Positions 17,002 through 29,000 of a DNA stretch of 34,088 nucleotides are shown piece after piece. Each line of letters opens with the position of its first letter. Positions within the stretch are counted from its first letter, which is position 1. The notes beneath the pieces were generated by a model. That model did no database searches. It was not told the origin of the DNA and was given only the letters and a program-made list of their open reading frames with translations. Source of the DNA: a virus (taxonomy: Duplodnaviria; Caudoviricetes); the IMG/VR virus record IMGVR_UViG_3300017913_001889, positions 1 to 34,088 of that record; one strand, written 5' to 3'. A program made the translations under genes and the position numbers.

Positions 17002-20000
17002 TTGGCTAATAGAATAAGAACAATTGATTTTCTACCTGAAATTTTTAGAACTGAGACTAACAAACAGTTCTTAAGCAGTACATTAGACCAATTAGTACAA
17101 GAACCAAAACTTAGACCCACGCAAGGTTATATAGGCAGACGCACAGGACTTGGAGTAGAATCCACTGATCAATATGTAATTGAACCTACTCAACAGAGAA
17201 CAGACTATCAATTTGAACCAAGTTTGGTTTTTCTTGAAAATGATAAAAATGCTGTAACGGATGTTTTAACCTATCCAGGATACATCGATAGACTGCGTAT
17301 CAAGGGTGCTAATGTCGATCGTCATGACAGACTGTTTAACAGCGAGTTTTATAGCTGGGATCCTTTTGTTGATTTTGACAAATTTGTAAACTTTGGACAA
17401 TACTATTGGCTACCTGACGGACCGGACAGTGTTGATGTAAGTGCTTCGGAAGTTTTAGTAACAGACGACTTTACAGTTAGCAGAACATCAACTGGTTACA
17501 CTTTCAGCGATGTAGCTGGGACATTACCAACTATTACACTAGCTCGTAACGGAAGTTACACGTTTGATGTAAATCAAAATGGCAATCCATTTTACATTCA
17601 AACAACACCGGGCAAAGATGGCACATTATCATTCAATGATCAAAGCAGTAGAGATGTGTTGGGTGTTGTGAACAATGGCGAAGACAACGGTACAATCACA
17701 TTTAATGTGCCGGAAAGAACAGCACAAAATTTCTTTTTAGAGTTGACGAGTGCAGGTTCTGTTGATCTTGTTACGGATTTAAAGTTTAATCAAATCCATA
17801 ATGTATCCTTAAGTGCATTCTTAGAGGAACATGACGGTATTGACGGTATTACAGATTTAGATGATCGTACTATTATTTTTACTACCCGAGTAGCCGGCGA
17901 AGATGGCGGCTGGTTAGAATCTACACAATTTGATAATGTGCAAGGATTTGACGGCGAAGAATATGATAAAACTAGAACTATCACTGACAATTCAGAAAAG
18001 TACGGAACATGGAAAATAGTTTATGTTTACGATAGCAACGGTGAAAATCCTTTCCTTACATTGGTAAGCACTGGCACAGTTGATACACAAACAAAACTTA
18101 CAATCAATTATGGCACAACATACGCTAGTACACAGTTTTGGAAAACATCTGAAGAGTATTTTGAAAAAGTACCGTTAATCACTGCAAGTTTAGATGTCTT
18201 ATACTATCAAGACGGAACAAATGATAACTTCTTTGGCGTTATAAAATTAGTTGATCAAGAAGACAGTGATGTACTAGATATTAACGATATATTAGGATCT
18301 GTTTCATACACTAGCCCTAATGAGGTAGTGTTTACTAACGGACTTAAAGTTCAGTTCGAAGGAAGAGTAACACCTACAAGTTATGCAGGAAATGAATATT
18401 ATGTCGAAGGGGTAGGCACAAGTATACAACTTCTTCCTGTTAACGATTTTATTACACCCGAAGATTATGCTGAAAGTCTATCAACTCCTTTTGACACACT
18501 AGGTTTCGACGAAGGAGGCTGGGACGGTTCAGAAAATGCACCTCTAAATAAAGACTACATGATTATGAACCGTGCTAGCCCGGATAAAAATGCCTGGGCA
18601 AGAAACAATAGATGGTTCCATGTTGATGTAATTACAGACACAGCTAGTTATAATAATACCACGGCTGTGTTAGATAATACAAAAAGAGCAAATCGTCCAA
18701 TCTTGGAGTTTAGAGCAGGATTAAGTTTATATAATTCTGGGTCGCAAGCAATAGACCCAGTTGATATTATTGATAATCTAGAGCTTGATGCATTTACCAA
18801 CATCAACGGAGAAACAGGTTATAGTGTCGACGGTGTGGCATTAGAAGAAGGCACAAGAATAATTTTTGCAAAAGACACTGATCCTGCTGTGCGAAACAAA
18901 GTTTATACTGTAAACTTTGTTGAATTCGATGACAGCTCTGAGCCAGTTATTAGTTTGCAGGCTCCAAATATTGAGCACCCTAGTATTGCAGTGAATTCAT
19001 CTGTTTTGATAACCAGTGGTGTTGATAACGGCGGAAAAACATATTATTACGACGGCGTTGAATGGAAACTAGCACAGTACAAAGAAGAATTAAATCAAGC
19101 ACCCTTGTTTGATTTGTATGATATTAATGGCTATAGTTTTTCAGATCACTCTGTGTATCCTAGCTCTAGCTTTGTTGGAAGCAAATTATTTGGATATGCA
19201 GTAGGCACTGGTGTAAATGATACAGTAATCGGACAACCACTCAAGTATCTAAATATCAATAACGTAGGCGACATAGTTTTTGAGAATTATTTAAACACAG
19301 AAACATTTACATTTGTAAATGGCGCCGGAGTTGGAGAAACTGTTAAAATTAACACTGGTTATGCAAGAGAGTATTCTGATAGAACAACCTATACAACTTT
19401 GTTAGGTTGGCAAAAATCCAGTGACGAAGTTGTTTCCTTGCAGAGATTTAGTTTTGATTACACAGGCGATGACTTAATACTAGATGTAGAAGCAAACACA
19501 GCAAACAATGCAGTAAAGGTATTTGTAAATGGAGTTTTCTTATTACCTGAAAATTACACTTACTCTACGAACAGCAACAATGTAACACAAATAACTTTTA
19601 TAAATGCACCAGAACTAAACAGCTTAGTTGAAGTCTCTGTACAGAGTAACAGTGTAAGTCAAGTAGGACATTACACTGTTCCAAGTAACTTGGAAAACAA
19701 TAGTACTAACACTAACGAAAATGAACTTACACTAGGCACTATTCGTAATCATTATAACACAATATGCCAAAATATTGATAACTTTGATGGCAAGATCAAT
19801 GGAGCAAATAATCTAAGAGATCTAGGTAACACCGTGCCATACGGTAGAGGAATTTTGCAACAAAGTAGTCCACTTACTATGCTAGGCACATTCCTCAATG
19901 ATAGTAGATTTGATTTGTTTAATGCATTAGATTTTGCATCAAACGAATATGAAAAATTTAAAAATCGTTTGTTAGATGAAGCAATTAAATCTGACTGGCA

Positions 20001-23000
20001 AGGTAAAACTACAGATTTTATTTTAGATACTGTATTAGAAACACTAAATGCTGGTAAAAACCAATACAGTCCATTTTACTGGACCGATTCAATACCAAGT
20101 GGTAAAACTTACGAAGAAACAACATATACTGTGTCTGACATAACAACAGATACGTTTGATACATTGTATTCTTACGATTTTACTACTGCAAGCTATAATG
20201 GTATTTTGATATACTTAAATGATGAAATATTACTTGGCGATGCACATGAATACACAGTAGCAACGGATGGCCCAAGAATTACTATTAATACAGATCAAAT
20301 TACACTAACCAATGGCGACGTCTTAAAGATTAGAGAGTTTAGACAAACATACGGCAGTTTTGTGCCTTCTTCTCCTGCAAGTTTAGGACTATCTCCAGTT
20401 TGGGAACCTAATAAGTTTGCCGACGACACTTATACTACAACTACAAATGTAATCAGAGGACACGATGGTAGTATAACTGTAGCATATGATGATTTTAGAG
20501 ATGATTTACTTTTGGAATTTGAAAAAAGAATCTATAATAACATCAAAACAGATAACAGATATCAAGTGCCACTGGAAGTTGTTGACGTTATGCCTGGAGC
20601 AAGTCGTGAAACAGAATACAGTCTAACAGAAATAAATGAAATACTGAGCAAAGATTTCTTGCGTTGGGTAGGCACAAACAAATTACCATATAACGAACAA
20701 ACATATGATGCAAACAATCCGTTTACGTGGAACTATACAAGCAGTACCAGTAAACTCACTGGAGAAGTTTTGTTAGGTGGATGGAGAGCAATCTACAGAT
20801 ATTATTATGACACGGACCGTCCTCATAGTCACCCATGGGAAATGCTAGGCTTAACAGAAAAACCGAGCTGGTGGGATAACAAATATGGTGTTGCTCCTTA
20901 TACATCAGGTAATTTAGTTCTATGGGAAGACCTGCGTGATGGTTATCTTGCAGATCCAGATAACCCAAGAACACTAGCAGATTATGCTCGTCCGGATTTG
21001 TTAAGAATTATTCCAGTTGATAGTGAAGGAAATTTACTTTCGCCTAGAGATACAATTGTGGGCAACTATGATTCTAATAGTTTTGCAAAGAGTTGGGTAA
21101 TAGGTGATGAAGGACCGGTTGAGACTGCATGGAGACGTAGTAGCCATTATCAGTTTGCTCTACAAAGATTATTAGCATTAACAAAGCCAGCAAAATATTT
21201 TTCATTGTTTGCAGATAGAATTTCATACAAGTATAACACCGATTTCGAACAATTCCTAGTCGACAATCGTAGTAGATTACAACCAAATACTGTAAATGTA
21301 TACGGCAATGAAACTATTACAAACAGTTACATGAATTGGATAATCGATTATAACAGACTCCTAGGCGTAGATAGCACAACATTGTTAGAAGATCGTTTGG
21401 ATAACATAGATGTAAGACTCAGTTACAGAATGGCTGGATATAGCGATAAGCAATACCTGAAAATCTTTTCAGAAAAAAGTTCTCCGGATAGTCTAAACAA
21501 CAGTCTTCTAATACCTGATGAAAGTTATCAAATGCTGTTGTATAAAAATCCAGCATTTGAAGAAGTATCTTACAGTGGTGTGATTATTCAAAAAGCCGAC
21601 AACGGGTATACAATATTTGGATACAGCACACTTAATCCATACTTTGAAACTCTAAGCAGTATTCCTAATGGGCGTTATTCGACTTTTAATGTAGGCGGAG
21701 ACGACTATAGAATATCAAGTGATTTCCGTGACACTGTAGTAAGAATACCATACGGATATACTTTTACAAGCAAAAGCTCTGTTGTTGATTTCTTGGTAAG
21801 TTACGGAAAACTACTAGAAAATCAGGGCATGACATTTGATAATATTGAAAACAACATTGTTGTTGACTGGAAGCAAATGGCCCAAGAATTTGTTTACTGG
21901 GCAGATGCAAATTGGGTGACAGGTAGTTTGATTAATCTTAATCCTGGTGCTAATATTGTTAAAATATCTAAAGACTCAGCAGTAGCTGAAAGTTTGATTG
22001 CGCCGGGTCTAGATAACATAATGCTAGATCAGAACAAGCAAGCTATTAATGATACTGATTATGTGGTTGAACGTATCGAAAATGATTTAACGCTTCGTGC
22101 ATTGAGTAACAATAATTTTAACTTGTTAACTGCTAGATTTACAGCATATGAACATATTGTTGTTCTTGATAACACCAGTATTTTCAATGATTTGATTTAT
22201 AATCCGGGTACCGGTGCTAGACAAAACAGACTTTTGATTAACGGTTACAAGACATTCGATTGGAACGGTACTCTTGATGCACAAGGTTTTATACTCAATC
22301 AAGACAATGTGCAACAATGGGAACCAGATCAAAGCTACAGCAAAGGTGAGATTGTACTGTATAAAAATGCTTATTGGAGCGCATCTGAAATTATTCCGCC
22401 TAAGGCAGAGTTCGATTTCAATGATTGGATTAAGAGCGACTACAATAAAATACAAAAAGGATTATTACCTAATCTTGCAACCAAAGCCGATCTGTTGAAA
22501 GACAACTATAGTTTAAATTCTGCAAATTTGGAAAGAGACGGAGACCTCCTTGGGTTTGGTCTAATTGGATTCCGCCCAAGACAATACATGCAAAATCTTA
22601 ATCTAGACGATATAAGTCAGGTTAATTTATACAAACAATTCTTAGGGTCAAAAGGTACTCTAGCAAGTGCAGAAATTTTTAGTTTAGCAAATCTCAACAA
22701 AGAAGTTGCTGAGTATAACATTACAGAAAACTGGGCTATTAAACGAGCAAGTTATGGTGCAACTGCGAACAGAAACTTTATTGAATTGAATCTCAAAGAC
22801 GAAAATCTGTATGCGAACCCAAGCACAGTTAGCGTAGTTGATACAAACGGGTCAGCAAGCAGCACTGCTGATCAAACTATTTTGATAGAGGATATCTATA
22901 AAGAAAGTGTTAAAGTTACAGACACTAACATTTTACCTACCTATACTTTAGGCAAACCAGATAAAATCTTGCCTGATGCAGGATACGTTAACTTTGACGA

Positions 23001-26000
23001 TGTTGAAATCAAGGTGTTTGATTTTAACGATCTATCTGCAATTATAAACAACATAGAACTACTAGCTCTTGGTACAAACATATGGGTAGCTAAATCAAAC
23101 ACTTACGATTGGAATATTTACAGAGCAAATCTAATTGCTCCGAGAGTTACACAGGTCACTGATAATTTAAATGGCACATCCACTGTGCAGTTTGACGGCA
23201 TCCATAGTTTAAGTGCTGGCGACAAAATAATTATAAAATATTTTGACATACTAGTAGATGGTGCATATGAAGTTGCGAATGTGCCAAGTATAACCACAGC
23301 AACAATTGCATTAAGTTTACCAGGTGAAACTACATCAATTACCGAAAGTGGCATAGGGTTAGTATTGTCTAGTGTGCGAGTTGAACAATCTAGCGATATC
23401 CTTGACTTGAACATTGCTAATACAATTGTTCCCGGAAGTAGAGTATGGAGTGATAACAACGGTAGCGATAAGTGGAATGTTTACAAAAAAACAAGTCCTT
23501 ATGCGTTTGAATATCACCTAGAACCAGACGATAGCAAGTCGGTAGATATGCTATACGGCACCTCGGTGGCAATAGGAATAGATGGTTTTGGCGCAATAGT
23601 CGGTGCCCCAGGTTACGACAGTGGCAAAGGAGGAGTATATACCTATAATAAAGACGGTATTACATCCTTTGAACAAGTAAGTTTACTAGGACCAGACACC
23701 ACCGGCATAGTAGGATTTGGGACTTCCCTTGACATAGGCGGCACAGAATATGCTGTTTCTGGTGCACCAGAAAGTGACACTGATCGCGGATATGCTTTTA
23801 TAATTAACAGAAGCAGATCTACAGGACAATATCTTATTAGACAATGTTTGACCACGGATGGAGCACTAGCTGCAACTGGGGAATTCGGATATAGTGTTGC
23901 AATCAGCAATGATGAGCGTTGGATGTACATCGGTGCCCCCGGAGATGATAAGGTATATGCTTACAACAAGTTTGAAACAGAGCAACAAAGCATTGACTTT
24001 GTAGGCGACGGTAGTACCAATGAATTTGATATTAGCAACGCAGTAAAAGTTGATGACGACAGTACTGATAATGGAATTGGCAAAGATCAGTTAAGCGTTT
24101 TGATAAACAATCGTGCGCAAGACGATAGCGACTGGGCGTATGCCGATGGCGAAGTGTCATTTAGTACAATCCCAAATGCTGGAGATGCAATTCGAGTAAC
24201 TCGAAAACAAAGTTTGTTTTACGAAGCAACCAATATTGCAGAGCTAGAGTTAAACAACGTTTATACAATAGCAAAAGCCAACAACATATACGCATTTTCT
24301 GTATTCGTTGACGATGTAATACAGCGTCCGTTTATCGATTACACATATAACGAATCTACAAAGATTCTATCCTTCAGTTCAACTGAATATCCTTCGGGAG
24401 TAACAGGTGATATTCTAATTAGATCTGACTCTTATTGGCAACTTGTAGACTCATTTACATATTTTGATATCACAGGAGATGCAAAAGACCATAACACCAG
24501 ATTTGGTACTTCTATTGCAACAACAACTGATGGCAGACAGCTAATGGTTGGCGCACCTAACGATACTGTTAGCGGAAAAGATAATACCGGTACTGTGGTT
24601 GCAATTGATCGTAGCGTCTTAAAATATCAGATACAAGATAATGACCACGACGGCGAATTCACTGACTTTACCAGCACAGATTCAACAGAAACAGTTTACG
24701 GTACACCTACTGTAAAACTCAATGGTAGATTCTTAAAACTAGATGACGGAACTAATTTTGGCGGTGAATACACTTGGGAAAATGATACTGTTTCTATCTC
24801 AGAAGATTTAAGTGTTGGTGACATTGTTGAAATTGAAACCAATGCATTCAAGATGTTCCAAAGAGTTGCACCGCAAACTGCTGAAGTGAATTTAAACTTT
24901 GGTACTGAACTAGAACAATGTTCAACAAATTGCACATTGTATATCAGTAATATCAACGACAGTACAATTGTAAAAGAATCAGGAAGCGTAGATCGTTGGA
25001 CAAACAATGCAAGGGTTTACGGTACAATAACAGGAACTGTGCAAAATCCAACTCCTACTGTTGGGCATAGTATTAGAATAAACAACTACGAAGTGGTACT
25101 AACTGGAACGTCTCTTGCAGAAACTGTGGACGATATTAACAATGCAAATTTACCAAATATAACTGCAAGTGCAAGCAATGGTTATTTAAAATTAGATCTA
25201 GTGGATGTTGACGCAGGAGATGTATTTACAAAACTTCAAGTAATGCCTGGTGCAGGATCTGCTTATACGGATTTAGGAATACAAGTTCTTGGATATACGC
25301 AGACTATTCATCCTCCTGTTGCATCTGAAAACGGGCACTTCGGTACGTCTTTAATCAACGACATCAGCAATGGTGTAAACACTTTGTTTGTTGGAGCACC
25401 GGATGCATCTGCTATAAGAGCAACAACGTTTGACGACAATTCAACATCATTTGATGGCGGAAGCACTGAAATACAAACCACATTAGAAAAAACAGGTGTG
25501 GTTTACACTTACGATTATTTGTCAAGTACAAACTCTAGTGTAGATAATCCGGGCAAGTTTGTGTTTGGGCAACAAGTTTACAATTTGGATATTTTCGGAT
25601 TGGATAGATTTGGTGCATCATTGAGTTACTATAACGGCCTATTATTAATCGGAACACCGCAAGATGATCTAGGGGACAGTGTCGGAAACTTTGGGCAAGC
25701 ATCTCTATACTTTAATGAAAAAAGAGGCAGAGCATGGGCAACAGAATACGAACAGCAAGATATTGTTGATGTAGAATTATTGAATAGTGTGTTTGTTTAC
25801 AATAAAACAAGCAATCAAGTAATCGATTATATTGATTATGTTGATCCTATACAAGGAAAGATTCTAGGTGTTGCAAGACAAAACATTGATTATATAACTG
25901 GATTAGATCCAGCTCAGTACAATGTTGGTAACGAAAACAACAACGGGCAATTCTGGAGAGATGTACACGTTGGCGAAATTTGGTGGGATATAAGCACTGT

Positions 26001-29000
26001 TCGATTTATTGATTATCATCAAGATGATCTAGCCTATAAATCAAGAAGATGGGGACAGCAGTTCCCAGGAAGTAGTGTTGATATATATCAGTGGACGGAA
26101 AGTTCAGTGCCTCCTGCAGAGTATACAGGCCCAGGCACAGTTCATAGCACACAATCATTTGTTATACAAAGCACACTAGATACAACAGGGGTTTTTGTTA
26201 GCAAATATTATTTCTGGGTAAAAGGCATAGACACAATTGCAAGTGCAAAAAACAAAACTTTAAGCACAACAGCTATCACCCAATACATTGACAATCCTAG
26301 AAGCAGTGGAGTATCATATGTTGCAGCAATCGGAACAAGTGATGTAGCATTGTATAACTGTCGTGACAAAATTATTGCCAATGATTCAGTTTTGCACATT
26401 GAGTACGACAAAGAAAAGAATCAAGACAATGTTCACGTTGAGTATGATTTAATTGGCGATGGTAAAGCTGATAGTTTCTTAAGCGACAACTTATATCGCA
26501 AGTTGTTAGACAGCTTCTCGGGCAACGATACACTTGGTAATCCAGTGCCTGATGTAGCACTTAGTATTGCAAACAAATATGGTGTTGAGTTTAGACCTAG
26601 ACAAAGCATGTTCAAAGACAGATTTGAAGCTCTTAAAAATTACCTCACAAAAGCAAATGCTATTCTGGCAATGCATCCTGTGGCGGAAAGCAAGAGCTTT
26701 GCTTTACTAAACAGTAAAGAAGCAATGCCTAATAGTGTAAGCGGGCAATGGAACAAGTCTGTGGACACTTATGCCGAATTAACATATCAAAATTTGGATA
26801 TTGTCGACGAAGGATATCGTTACCTGGTTAAGTCAGACGAAAACGAAGGCGGATTGTGGACAATTTATACAAAACAAAGTGACAACAGTTTACTATTATC
26901 ACGAGTACAAACATATGATACCAGTGATTATTGGAGCTACATTGATTGGGTACGTCCAGGATACAACACAGCAATTAAACCAATTGCTGAAGTAGATAAT
27001 CAAAGTAATTTGCAAACAGTAACCAATGTAAACGAAGGTGACAGTGTTAAAGTTACAAGTAATAGTTTTGGCAAATTTGAAATTTACCAGTATGTAAGCG
27101 GCGAATGGATGAGAGTTGTTGCAGAAAATAGCACTATTGCTGTTAGCAATGAAATTTGGGATCTCACAGTTGGGTCATATGGGTTTGGTGCCGAGGTGTT
27201 TGACAATCAGCGTTTTGACCAAAACCCGTCAACTGAAACTAGACAAATTATCAAAGCACTCAATGAAGAAATCTTTGTCGGCGATTTATTATCTTATCGC
27301 AACGAACTTTTGATTTTGCTGTTTGAATACATCTTAACAGAAAGCAAGGCACCAGACTGGTTGATTAAAACAAGTCTAGTTGATGTTGACCACAAGATAC
27401 GAGATCTTGAGCCATTTAGCGTTTACCGCAGAGATAATCAAGATTTTGTACAAGACTACATTGAAGAAGTAAAGCCTTATCATGTTAAGATAAAAGAATT
27501 TAAATTGCGCTACGAAGGACTGGATACCTTTGCAGGTACCTTAAGTGATTTTGATCTGCCAGCTTTCTACAGTAACACCTATAGTAAATTTATAAGTCCT
27601 GTGTTAGATGATACAGATTATGCCACAGTAACCACAGCACTCGAAAGTCATATACCTAGCACAGATCCGTTATGGGATACTATACCTTACAGCCAGTGGT
27701 TTGAAAATTATAAACTAGGTGTTGCCAGTGTTACTGTTACAAACAGCGGAAGTGGATATACTGTGCCTCCAACAGTCACAGTATCAGGCACTGCGACAAG
27801 AGATGCTGAGCTGGTTGCAAGAATCAACACAGCTGGAAATGTTATTGCCATTGATGTTGTAGACGAAGGCGAAGGATACACTACAACACCAACTATTGTA
27901 TTTGAAGGCGGAAACGGTACTGGCGCAAGAGCTATTGCAGTTCTTACACAACGTTTAGCAAGAAGCTTCAATACTACACTGAAGTTTGACAGATACGAAT
28001 ACAGCACAAATGTTGTAAATTGGACAGCAAATACTTTCTATGAACCGGGCGATCTTGTCAAGTACAACAACAAAGTTTACACCGCTGTTGAATTACAGGA
28101 CAGTTCTGCAATTATTACAGATACATTTGAACCAAGCTACTTTGAAGAAGTGGACCAAGACACATTATCAGGTGTAGATCGTATTATAGGTTTGTACCAA
28201 CCGGATGTAAATGATCCAGGTAGAGAATTACAGCAACTTATCACAGGAATAGATTATCCTGGTGTACAAGTTAAAGGACCAAACTTCAACGAAGATCCCG
28301 GATTTGATGTGGGTAATTTTGATACTGTGCCATATGGCGATCCAGCAGATGGTGACTTACCGGAAGGATCTAGTAGAATCAGTGACACATACATTGACAC
28401 AATTTACAATAGTTCATTTACAGATACATATCTGGGAACAAGATCAACGGACGTAAATGTAGAAGGAGGAGCCTTTGTAGACACATATAGTTCTCATGCT
28501 CCAGAGGAGTTGGTACCAAGTAGTTTGTTTGACACGCTACAGCTTACAATCACTCAACTAGAAAGAGAGTTCAACCCGGACTATTCGTCGGACACACCTG
28601 TTGCTCTTGAGTTTAGAATCTTCCAAGACATGCGAGAAAATCAAAAGATCTATCGGATACTAGACAGTGTTACAGCTGAACTAACGCAAGATTTGTCAGT
28701 TACTGATGATACCATTTATGTAGACGACGCAAGCAAATTGCCTGAACCAAATCTAAGCGATGGGGTATTTGGAGTTATTACTATTAATGGCGAACGTATC
28801 CTTTATAGAACAAGAAATACCACTGACAATACATTGTCAGGATTACGTCGGGGTGTAAGCGGAACAGCAATAGCATCGCATTCAGAAGGCGACTATGTTT
28901 ACAGCAGTAGCACCACAGAACAACTGCCAGATGATTACCAAATTACAAAAGATTCTCACAAGTTTATATTCACCGGGGATGGATCAACTGATACATTTAC

